Assembly: GCA_030740155.1 (NCBI GenBank)
Contig: JASLXV010000081.1
Location: 1 to 30,778 of the forward strand
Source: Dehalococcoidia bacterium
GTDB lineage: Bacteria; Chloroflexota; Dehalococcoidia; Lucifugimonadales; UBA3495
Length of the DNA stretch: 30,778 bases
Direction of reading: 5' to 3'
The notes beneath the pieces were generated by a model, which was not told the DNA's origin, did not search any database, and saw only the letters and a list, made by a program, of their open reading frames with translations. The translations under genes were made by a program, and so were the position numbers. Of this stretch, positions 1 to 7,830 are shown piece by piece. Position 1 is the stretch's first letter. Each line of letters begins with the position of its first letter.

Positions 1-110
1 ATTTGCTCCTTTCTGGAAGTAATGTACCTTCACTCCAGGAGCTCACGCCACTTCCACTCTCTCGGGTTTTCTTACACCCCAATGTGTCCCATTATCGCTG
101 ACGGTCTACA
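1..110 (-). mobile_element. Possible left end of an IS (TG-starting end, IS3-like) with RBS and start of a gene running off the window
   Basis: Minus strand begins TGTAGACCGTCAGCGATAATGGGACAC at 110, about where the IS481 similarity stops. AAAGGAG-CAAAT at the window edge looks like an RBS plus a truncated start codon. Confidence 0.3.
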
Positions 111-334
111 GACCGTCTCCTCGGAGTGAACCTTGGGAGTAGCCACCCGGCCGTAGGCGTCGATGAGCGTCTGCCGGTAAATCCTACCGACGCCTGTGAT
201 GGTGCCCACATAGTTGGTATCGTGTGCACCCAGATAGCAGAGATGCTCCGGGTCAATCTCCGCGTGAGCTTCCTGTTTCTCCGGGCCTTCTCAAACGCGG
301 CCAGTTGCCTGTTGGTGAGGATGACCCCGTTTTC
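111..334 (-). pseudogene. IS481-family transposase fragment, frameshifted and truncated at both ends
   Basis: Manual translation: ENGVILTNRQLAAFEKAR, then in another frame KQEAHAEIDPEHLCYLGAHDTNYVGTITGVGRIYRQTLIDAYGRVATPKVH. This matches the recalled IS481 core (GEIETxHPGYLGxQDTxYVGxxKGVGRIYQQTFxDTY). Confidence 0.8.
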
Positions 335-414
335 GGGTTGTGGCGTGTCGTTCCAAATATTGATGGTCAGAGCCAACCAGCTGTTGAGTTCCTCAATCTC
401 GCCTAGTCGGCCTG

Positions 415-466
415 TGTTTGTCAACCCAAAAGCCACCCACTGTGATGATCGAAAAGTCACCCACCC
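415..466 (+). mobile_element. Orphan IS21-family-like terminal sequence
   Basis: Starts TGTTTGTCAAC and carries two repeats AAAAG(C/T)CACCCAC at 428-440 and 452-464 (24-bp period), the multi-repeat architecture of IS21 ends. No istA/istB nearby. Confidence 0.5.
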
Positions 467-743
467 TTGGGTGCTGTGATGATGAGGTGGTTCTCCAGTG
501 AGAGACATATAATTTGTAGGTCTCGCAAGGGGTCCGTTCGTGGAGGCCTACTATGTACCTGGGACAGCAAAGCAAATTTGACCTTCCCCCCTAGACCAGT
601 AGCAGAGGCAAGTAGAATACTCAGCTAGAATGAAACGTGTGAGGAGGGCTAGTGGACAACGAGAGGACGATATCGAAGCTGCCAAGGATGGGGCAATGAG
701 ACCGTGTAAGCGGCAAATCGTCTGTATCTGAGCCAGCTATCGC

Positions 744-767
744 TTTTGACAGCAATTTTGACAGCAA
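744..767. repeat. Tandem 12-bp direct repeat TTTTGACAGCAA x2, candidate integrase arm-type binding sites
   Basis: Perfect duplication about 105 bp from the tRNA-derived att core. The function is inferred from position. Confidence 0.5.
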
Positions 768-871
768 CCTGGGCAAATATTGAAGAATGTTGATGGACAA
801 GGACGGACAAATCATGAGAATCTAGCTACACTACAAACCCTGGTGGACGTTCAAGGACGCAGGATATCGAA

Positions 872-916
872 CTCATAACCCGAAGGTCGTTGGTTCGAGT
901 CCAACCCCCGCTACCA
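872..916 (+). mobile_element. 3' half of initiator tRNA-Met(CAT): att-site duplication at a genomic island boundary
   Basis: CTCATAACCCGAAGGTCGTTGGTTCGAGTCCAACCCCCGCTACCA contains the anticodon loop, T-arm and 3' acceptor strand with CCA. Upstream sequence supplies no 5' acceptor strand or D-arm. Confidence 0.85.
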
Positions 917-936
917 AAAAACTAGATACAGAATTG

Positions 937-975
937 AGTCCCGATACCCTGAAAAGGGGTCGGGGCTTTTGTTTT
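937..975 (+). terminator. Intrinsic terminator downstream of the tRNA-Met 3' fragment
   Basis: AGTCCCGATACCCT-GAAA-AGGGGTCGGGGCT hairpin followed by TTTGTTTT. Confidence 0.7.
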
Positions 976-1292
976 GACTATTTCCCGGGCGAATTCAGGC
1001 CCGGAGCAGTTGGTCCGGGCTCATCGGAGCCTATTCCGGTAGTTGCGGGTGAAAGCGCCGGGAAAAGTATGCTAACCTGCTGGAATACCCGTCTGGCGAA
1101 CGGGCCGGCGGCGCCGTCTGGGCCGGATCGACTAGCTATAAACCCCGTTGGCGCTAAAAGCTGTCTGACTAAAGTCTTGAATTTTGCTCGTATATTATGT
1201 TAAGAGAATAGCAACGATTGCGAGAGCGGTTTCGGCCGGCGGTGACGAAAGCCGGCCGAGGCGCCGGGAGTCGCCGGAACGAGGTGAGCGAT

Positions 1293-2441
1293 GTGTTTGG
1301 TGCACTTAATCCCTTTAAGAAGAAATCCGTTGAGAACGAGAACAACGGTCAGGAAAGTGAAGTGTACGCGGTTGAGGCAGTCAACCTGACCAAGATGTTC
1401 CAGCGCCGCTGGATAGCAGTCAACAGCATCAATTTCAAAATTCCTCAGGGGTCCACCTTCGGCCTGGTGGGGCCCAACGGAGCCGGCAAGAGCACCACCC
1501 TGCGCCTTATCATGGGCCTGCAGCATCCCACCGCCGGAGAGGTAAAGGTGTTCGGCGAGCGGATGAGCATGTACACCGGTCACCTGCGCCGCCGCATTGG
1601 GTACCTGCCCCAGGGGGAGCACTACCCCCGGGAAATGACCCCCATCGCCTACTTGGAGTTGGTGGGCAAGCTGCGGAGCGTGCCCCGCAAAGAGTGCGCC
1701 CGCCGCCTCTCGTCGCTGCTCCACGCCGTTGACCTGTTGAGCGCTGCCTCCACCCGAATCGGCAAACTTTCGGCGGGCATGACCACTCGCATGGCCATCG
1801 CCGCCTCCATGGTCAACGATCCGGACCTTCTGATGTGGGATGAGCCCACGGCGGGACTGGACCCCACGGGCCGTAAGTACACCCTGGACCTGATTAAAGA
1901 ACTGAAGAGCCAGGGCAAAACCATGATCGTCTCCACCCACCTGCTGCCCGACGCCGACCAGGTATGCGACCAGATCGGGGTGTTGAACGAGGGGAAGATG
2001 GTTTTCTGTGGCTCAATCATGGAGATGAAGCAATTCGTGCGGGAAAACGTGGTCGACTTGGGGCTGGCCGGGGACCTGAATCACTTCCGCCAGTCCCTGT
2101 CCGCCGACAGCCAGGTCCTCCGGTGGGAGCAATTGAGCCCGGATGTAATCAGGGTCAACTTCAGCGACGAACGCGGCTTTTCTCAGCAACTCAGACGGAT
2201 GCTGGAGTTGGTCTGTCAGTCGCCGGTGGAGCTACTGTCCATCCGCTCCGGTGGAGAGATTGAGGACGCCTTCCTCAAGCGGCTGGAGGCCGACCGGCTC
2301 AAGGGATTCAACCGGGCTTTCGATGCTCAACGCTCCTCCGAGAATGAGGGGATGCGGCCCATGATGACCGACCCCGACCAGGTTCTACCCGAAGAGCGAG
2401 TGAATGGAGCACTCGGGGTGGCGGAGGAGCAGCAGGTATGA
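1293..2441 (+). CDS. ABC-2 type exporter ATP-binding protein
   Basis: Walker A GPNGAGKST, signature LSAGM, Walker B LLMWDEP, H-loop STH. Start set at GTG 1293 after RBS GAGGTG. Confidence 0.92.
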   Translation: MFGALNPFKKKSVENENNGQESEVYAVEAVNLTKMFQRRWIAVNSINFKIPQGSTFGLVGPNGAGKSTTLRLIMGLQHPTAGEVKVFGERMSMYTGHLRRRIGYLPQGEHYPREMTPIAYLELVGKLRSVPRKECARRLSSLLHAVDLLSAASTRIGKLSAGMTTRMAIAASMVNDPDLLMWDEPTAGLDPTGRKYTLDLIKELKSQGKTMIVSTHLLPDADQVCDQIGVLNEGKMVFCGSIMEMKQFVRENVVDLGLAGDLNHFRQSLSADSQVLRWEQLSPDVIRVNFSDERGFSQQLRRMLELVCQSPVELLSIRSGGEIEDAFLKRLEADRLKGFNRAFDAQRSSENEGMRPMMTDPDQVLPEERVNGALGVAEEQQV

Positions 2442-3157
2442 AAGCGTTCATGGCTTTGCTAGAAGAAGACCTGGCGGCCATGTCCCGCTCTGTGACGGTG
2501 TGGATGTGGCTGGCCATCAGCGGTTTGGGGGGCTTCTCGGGTGTAATCTTCTCGGGGACCTTCGACCAGGAGGGCACCTCCTTCCTGTTGGGCTGGTTCT
2601 TGGTGCTGTACGTGGCCCTGGGGAGCTTCATGGTCATGACGATCGGCTCCTCCTCGGGCGGCACCGACCCGAGGACCTTGGGAACCTCCATAATCAGCCA
2701 CGGGGTTACTCCCATCCAGTTTGTGATGGCCATGCTCTTCTCCCGCACTATCACCGTCCTGGGCATGGCCGTGCTCATCATCGCTCCGGTGGCCTTCGCC
2801 ATGATGGCCAACGGCGTCTCGAACGACCTGGACGCCAACGGCATCATGGTTGCCCTAGCCTATATCGGGCTGCTACTCACCGTGCTGGTGTTCCTGAGCG
2901 TTACCTTCAGCGCCGTGGTCACCAACACCCCCGGTTCGTTGGGGATGATTTACATCCTCTGGTACACCGCCATCAGCCTGCTGATGGCCTACCAGGCAGA
3001 AGAGTTCTCCCCGGTGGGGGTCCTGGGCCGGGTGCCGGCCGTGTTGCAAGGAGATTTCGAGTGGTCGCTCCAATGGCCCGTTATGGCGGCCCTGGTGATC
3101 CCGCTGGTGGTGCTGCCACCCCTGGGCATCCGCATGTTCGGCCAGCGAGACCTGTAG
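2438..3157 (+). CDS. ABC-2 type exporter permease
   Basis: About six hydrophobic segments; its ATG overlaps the ATPase stop (ATGA). Confidence 0.85.
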   Translation: MKAFMALLEEDLAAMSRSVTVWMWLAISGLGGFSGVIFSGTFDQEGTSFLLGWFLVLYVALGSFMVMTIGSSSGGTDPRTLGTSIISHGVTPIQFVMAMLFSRTITVLGMAVLIIAPVAFAMMANGVSNDLDANGIMVALAYIGLLLTVLVFLSVTFSAVVTNTPGSLGMIYILWYTAISLLMAYQAEEFSPVGVLGRVPAVLQGDFEWSLQWPVMAALVIPLVVLPPLGIRMFGQRDL

Positions 3158-3187
3158 CCTATAATCTCGGCTTTGCTCTGTGAAGCG

Positions 3188-3221
3188 GTAGCGCCCCGAC
3201 AGGTCGGGGCGCTGCTTTTTT
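3188..3221 (+). terminator. Intrinsic terminator of the ABC operon
   Basis: GTAGCGCCCCGAC-AG-GTCGGGGCGCTGC hairpin followed by a T6 run. Confidence 0.85.
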
Positions 3222-3335
3222 GTTCGTGCCCGTTCCCATCGTTATCGGCCTTGAGGCCGGGGCGCCTCGTTAGGCCGGTGAGCCGGGGCGAGGCGGGCAA
3301 GTCGAAATTACCGGCAGCCGGGGCCGGCCCCAGGC

Positions 3336-4565
3336 CTAGCCACAGGCGGCGACGCCGTCCCGGACCAAGCCCTGTACCTCCTCCGGCGAGTAACCCGCCA
3401 GACTCATGAGCACCTCTTCGGTGTGCTGACCCACCTCGGGGGCGGGACCTCCCACCCTTCCCGGGGTCCGGCTGAGGTTCACCATCACCCCCAGGGTCCG
3501 CATCGGCCCGTGCACCGGGTGGTCCACGGTGGTCACGTACCCGTTCTCCGTTACCTGAGGGTCCTCGGCCACCTCGGCATAAGACTGGACTTTGGCCGCG
3601 GGGCAGCCGTGCTCCTTGAAGGCCTGGTACCAATCCTCCCGGGTGCGGGTGAGGAAGACCCGGTCCAGGATGGCGATGAGTTCCCGGTTGTTCTCGGCCC
3701 GGCGGTCGCCATGGCTGAAGCGGGCGTTCTGGGCCAGGGCGGGCTCCCCGATGGCTTGGCAGAAGGCGCCCCAGAACAGGTCGCTCTCGGTCATCGCCAG
3801 GTATATCCACTTGCCGTCGCGGCAGCGGTACAGGCTTCGGGTGGGGTTTAAGATGCTGGCGCGCTCCGGTGGCTGAGGGTCCTTACCGGTGCTCAGGCAG
3901 CCCTCCAGGAGCAGCTCGCCGGCGGTGAGCATGGCCCCAATGAGGGAGACCTTTACCTCCTGGCCCAGCCCGGTGCGCTCTCGAGCCAGCAGCGCCACGC
4001 ATACGGCGTAGGCCACCTGGATGCTGGAGGTCATGTCGGCGGCGCCGTACACCCCGGCGGTGGCCGGGTCGCTTTCTACGCTGGTGCGCATCATGTTTAG
4101 GAACCCGCTTCGGGCCTGGGCGGCGACGTCAACCCCCGGCAGCTCGGCATCGTCCCCCAGGGGCCCGTAGGTGTTCAGGTGCACGTAGATAATGGTTGGG
4201 TTGTAGCGGGACACCGTGGCGTAGTCCAGGCCCATGCGCTTCAGAGACTGCATCCTCAGGCTCGTGACCAGAACATCGCAGTGGGGCACGAGGCGATAGA
4301 GAGCGTTCCGGCCCCCTTCCTCTCGCAGATTCAGGGCCACCGATCGCTTCCCCCGGTTGGCCGATTCGAAGAAGTAGCTGTAAGAGCAGGCTGGGAAGAA
4401 GTTGGCGTTGCTCGGTGTCGCGGTGTGCCGGGACCGGTCCCCGATGCCCGGGTCCTCGACCTTGATGACCTCGGCCCCCATGTCCGCTAGGTCCCGGACA
4501 CCATAGGGGACGGCGGCCATCATGGCGAGTTCCAGTATCCGGTAGCCCTCCAGGGGCAACGGCAT
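3336..4565 (-). CDS. Family III (CaiB/BaiF) CoA-transferase
   Basis: LADMGAEVIKVE, NRGKRSVALNL, putative catalytic Asp in GAADMTS, C-terminal APEVGQHTEEVL. Confidence 0.93.
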   Translation of the reverse strand: MPLPLEGYRILELAMMAAVPYGVRDLADMGAEVIKVEDPGIGDRSRHTATPSNANFFPACSYSYFFESANRGKRSVALNLREEGGRNALYRLVPHCDVLVTSLRMQSLKRMGLDYATVSRYNPTIIYVHLNTYGPLGDDAELPGVDVAAQARSGFLNMMRTSVESDPATAGVYGAADMTSSIQVAYAVCVALLARERTGLGQEVKVSLIGAMLTAGELLLEGCLSTGKDPQPPERASILNPTRSLYRCRDGKWIYLAMTESDLFWGAFCQAIGEPALAQNARFSHGDRRAENNRELIAILDRVFLTRTREDWYQAFKEHGCPAAKVQSYAEVAEDPQVTENGYVTTVDHPVHGPMRTLGVMVNLSRTPGRVGGPAPEVGQHTEEVLMSLAGYSPEEVQGLVRDGVAACG

Positions 4566-4628
4566 GGTGCACCTCCTGAGGTGGTTGGGATGCGGCGAAG
4601 TTCCTCGTTCGGAGAAACGGGCGAGCCG

Positions 4629-5867
4629 CTACTGTCCGTTCCCGCTCTCACCCAGGGAGACGATGCCCTGCCTCTGAAGCTGCTCGATCTTCTGCTGGGA
4701 GTATCCCAGTAACTCCTGCAGCACCTCGGCGGTGTGCTGCCCCGTCTGGGGCACGGGATCGTAGATGGGCTGGTGGCTGGAGAGGTTGACGGGGTTGCGC
4801 ACGATCGGGACGGGCTTGCCCTCGACGCCCTCCACGTTGACGACGCAGCCCAGGGCTTGGGCCTGAGGATCGGCCAGGGCGGCATCCAGGGTCTTCACCG
4901 GGGCCACCGGCACTCGGGCCTCCACCAGGCGCTCATACCAGTACTCGGTGGGCTGCTGGACCATGACCTCATGCACCAGTTCCAGGAGCAGCCGCTTGTT
5001 TCTCATCCGCTCCGTCTCGGTGGCGAAGCGAGGGTCATCCCCCCATTCCGGCCGGCCCAAGACCCGGCAGAGTGGGGGAAAGGAACGGTCTCCCAGCACA
5101 CCCAGGGTGATGTGGCCGTCCTTGGTCGGAAAGATGCCCGCCAGGCTGAGCATGCCCACCGACCAGCCAGGGGCGCGGGGGACCTTCCCGCTGAGGAGGT
5201 GCTGGGTCGCGAAGAAGGTGTGGGTGCTGAGCCCAACCTCAAAGAGGGAAACCTCCACGTTTTGCCCCACCCCGGTGTGCTCCCGGTGAAAGAGGGCCGC
5301 CAGGATTCCCTGGGAGGCCCACACCGCGGTGGAGTAGTCCACGAAGGCCTGCCCGGCGAGCATGGGCGGCCCATTGGGCTCCCCCGTCATGCTGAGCATC
5401 CCGGAGTGGGCCGCGGCCACGCTGTCGAAGGAACCCCGCTCCCGGTAGGGCCCCTTGTTGCCGTACCCGCTGATGGAGCAACTGATGATGCGGGGGTTGA
5501 TCTTGTTCAGTGTCTCGTAGTCCACTCCTATCCGCTCCGCCGCCCCCGGACGCCAGTTGTTCTGGACGATGTCCAGGTGCTCTACCATCTGCCGGAAGAT
5601 TTCCAGACCTTCGGGCTCGTTGATGTTCAGAATTATGCTCTTCTTGCCCCGGCACTCGTAGTTGCCCCGGGCGTCCACCCCGCCGGAGGTGGTGGCGGCC
5701 AGCCCGCTCTTCGCGATGCCCCGGGGGCCTCGGCTGGGGACCTCCACCATGATAATATCGGCGCCAAGGTCCGAGAGGATGTTGGCTGACAGGCTCCCGG
5801 CCAGGGTGCGGCTGAAGTCCACCCCCCGGATCCCGCTCAGAGGGGCCGCGTGGTTTCCTCCACTCAT
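4629..5867 (-). CDS. Family III (CaiB/BaiF) CoA-transferase
   Basis: DFSRTLAG..LSDLGADII, RGKKSIILN, NWRPG, Asp in AFVDYST, GQHTAEVL. Confidence 0.93.
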   Translation of the reverse strand: MSGGNHAAPLSGIRGVDFSRTLAGSLSANILSDLGADIIMVEVPSRGPRGIAKSGLAATTSGGVDARGNYECRGKKSIILNINEPEGLEIFRQMVEHLDIVQNNWRPGAAERIGVDYETLNKINPRIISCSISGYGNKGPYRERGSFDSVAAAHSGMLSMTGEPNGPPMLAGQAFVDYSTAVWASQGILAALFHREHTGVGQNVEVSLFEVGLSTHTFFATQHLLSGKVPRAPGWSVGMLSLAGIFPTKDGHITLGVLGDRSFPPLCRVLGRPEWGDDPRFATETERMRNKRLLLELVHEVMVQQPTEYWYERLVEARVPVAPVKTLDAALADPQAQALGCVVNVEGVEGKPVPIVRNPVNLSSHQPIYDPVPQTGQHTAEVLQELLGYSQQKIEQLQRQGIVSLGESGNGQ

Positions 5868-5906
5868 GGTGTTCCTCCTTGCCTACTATGGGCCCACGGA
5901 TAGACG

Positions 5907-5982
5907 GCTAGACTTGATTGAGGGGCCAAATCCCCCTTTATAAAGGGGGACTCAGGGGGATTTCCGCATCGCCGAGTCTAGC
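5907..5982. repeat. Small MITE/REP-like element with CTAG-containing inverted ends
   Basis: Ends GCTAGACTTG and CGAGTCTAGC (9/10 inverted match). Internal perfect palindrome TCCCCCTTTATAAAGGGGGA at 5931-5950. Confidence 0.6.
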
Positions 5983-6058
5983 AACTTGTACAAAGCTCGT
6001 AGGTTCCTCGTCGGGCGATCCTGCCCCAAGATGTAACGGATTGGCGCAAGTACGCCGG

Positions 6059-6907
6059 CTAGGCCCGCCGGGGCTTGATTCCCGTGAACTTCACGCTGGA
6101 CACCTTCCCCTGTACTTGGGCCAGCTCCTCCTGCGCCGGGGCCGGGGCCGGGGTGAACTCCTCTCCGGGACAACAGGCCATGGCTGCCAGTTCGTCCGGG
6201 GTGAGCAGGTGGCGGTTGACGATGCGGACCTCGTAGAAACCAGCTTCACTCACCGTTTGCCAGTAGTCGTCCTCGGTGATGGCCCCTCCCAAACACCCGG
6301 ACCAGGTTGAGCGGAACCGCTCTCGCAACTCGGGGCCGATGTCCTCGGTGAGGACGATGTCCGAAATGGCCAGCCGCCCGCCGGCTTTCAGGACACGGCA
6401 GGCTTCCCGGTATATCTCCGCTTTATCCGGGCACAGGTTAATGACACAGTTGGAAATTACCACGTCGGCGAAACCATCCACCAGGGGGGTGTTCGCCAGG
6501 TCGGCGACGTGCAGTTCAACGTTCCCGCCGGCCAGCCCGGCTTCGGTTACCGCGCGGTTGGCGCGCTCAATCATCTCGGGGGCGAAATCTACCCCGGCCA
6601 CCCTGCCGTCGAGGCCCACCTTGTGCGCCGCCAGAACCACGTCGATGCCCCCGCCGCAGCCGAAGTCCACCACGACTTCACCGCTCCGGAGACCGGCAAA
6701 GCCGGTGGGGTTGCCGCAACCCCGGGTGAGGTTGAGGGCGGCCTCCGGCACCAGGTCAAGCTCCTCCGGAGAGTAGAGCCCTTGATCGACCGCGTAGCCC
6801 GAACCGGGCTTCGCCTTGCTGGGTCAACAGGCTTCCTGATTGCCCCCTGACGCGGCGAACTTTCCGTAGCGAACCCTGATGGCTTGCTTGATCTCCTCGG
6901 TCAGCAT
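6059..6907 (-). CDS. ArsM-like (arsenite methyltransferase family) SAM-dependent methyltransferase, probable selenoprotein (Sec at codon 28)
   Basis: RBS GAGGTG + ATG 6907 gives MLTEEIKQAIRVRYGKFAASGGNQEAC-UGA-PSKAKPGSGYAVDQGLYSPEELDLVPEAA, in frame with the tracked ORF. ArsM motifs: GCGNP, VVDFGCGGGID, ISNCVINL, WSGCLGGA. SECIS-like hairpin after the UGA. 282 aa. Confidence 0.85.
6786..6826 (-). promoter_or_regulatory. Candidate bacterial SECIS element with the in-frame UGA (6826-6824)
   Basis: mRNA reads UGA-CCCAGCAAG-GCG-A-AGCCCG-GUU-CGGGCU-A-CGC-GGUCGA. The G-starting apical loop begins 19 nt after the UGA, and UUGACC can pair with GGUCGA as a lower stem. Confidence 0.7.
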
Positions 6908-6937
6908 CCCGCACCTCGTCCCTGATGCCGTTTCAGT

Positions 6938-7078
6938 TAGTGTACCGGGCTGTAAATAGCTTTACATCGGCGAGATTGGGCGACACTCTCTCCCCACGAT
7001 CGTCCCCGATTGCATCGGGGGCAGGCTCTTCGCCGGGATGACGGATTGGGTGTCATGCCATTTACGATACATCAGACC
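6938..7078. repeat. Degenerate dispersed MITE/REP-like repeat (homologous to 28630-28789)
   Basis: Shares AAATAGCTTTAC.TCGGCG....GGGCGACA..CTCTCCC.ACGATCGTC and TTC.CCGGGAT.ACG with the copy after nadC. Confidence 0.7.
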
Positions 7079-7081
7079 GGG

Positions 7082-7372
7082 TTAGAAGAGGTCCTCCTCC
7101 ACACCGTTGTACTCCGGCAGGTGGTGGCGTCGCCGGAGGTATTGCTGGAGAAGCTCGCTCTCGCGCATGGTGTACATGTGGGTGGTCTCGTACTGGAAGA
7201 ACCGGGCCGGGGGCACCTCTTCTCGGGCGGCCTTCAAGGCTTGCCGCAGGTCTGGGGCCCCGGCAATGCGGAGCACCTGCTCCTTTTCATCCAGGAGTTG
7301 GTACACGCCCTCCCTATCGGGGACATCCTCCAGAGCCGTGTCTTCCAGTGGAAACTTCGGGGGCCGGCGCAT
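7082..7372 (-). CDS. Small GIY-YIG/UvrC-N-like protein resembling the C-terminal domain of BzdV
   Basis: VPDREGVYQLLDE..VLRIAG..DLRQAL..MYTMRESELLQQY..LPEYN..EDLF, in a bzd gene context. Confidence 0.7.
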   Translation of the reverse strand: MRRPPKFPLEDTALEDVPDREGVYQLLDEKEQVLRIAGAPDLRQALKAAREEVPPARFFQYETTHMYTMRESELLQQYLRRRHHLPEYNGVEEDLF

Positions 7373-7419
7373 GATGCGTTCTCTTTCTCCCTTCCGGCAT
7401 TTGGGCGGCGGGCGGCGGG

Positions 7420-7701
7420 CTACCAGGAGTGGACGATGGCGTCGTGGGGGCAGGCCAGAACGCAGGGGAGCGGCGGAGGGCTATCCACCGGCTTGCAAGG
7501 GGCGCAACTGAACTTCAGATTCTTGCGGTGCTCTTCCGACACCGTTAACACCGTGTCGTCGTAGTCGTCGAGCATCATTTCCAGCACCCCCGCCGGGCAG
7601 GCCGGGACGCAGTCGCCGCAGCCGTCGCAGCGGCCGCTATCCACCCGGATGTACCAGTCACCCGACCCATCGGTGTACCCGTAGTGAGCGATGTATCCCA
7701 T
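7420..7701 (-). CDS. bzdM: Bzd-type 2[4Fe-4S] ferredoxin
   Basis: AHYGYTDGSGDWYI, CDGCGDCVPACP, CAPCKP..LPCVLACP..AIVHSW, directly after bzdQ. Confidence 0.85.
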   Translation of the reverse strand: MGYIAHYGYTDGSGDWYIRVDSGRCDGCGDCVPACPAGVLEMMLDDYDDTVLTVSEEHRKNLKFSCAPCKPVDSPPPLPCVLACPHDAIVHSW

Positions 7702-7830
7702 ACCTGCCTGCTGCCTCGTTACGCTACGGTTCGCGGCCTCCGCGCCAAAGCACCGTCTTGGTTCGCCCCTCCCCAGGGTAGGAGCGTGGGGCCGGCGCCC
7801 CGCTGCACGCCGGCGCGGGCGTCAGCCGCT

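Noticed and set aside
92..508. 138-aa ORF as a real gene
   Set aside because: It is a chimera crossing an IS21-like end, a gene remnant and an out-of-frame IS481 fragment.
841..916. Intact tRNA-Met gene
   Set aside because: No 5' acceptor strand or D-arm can be formed; only the 3' half is present.
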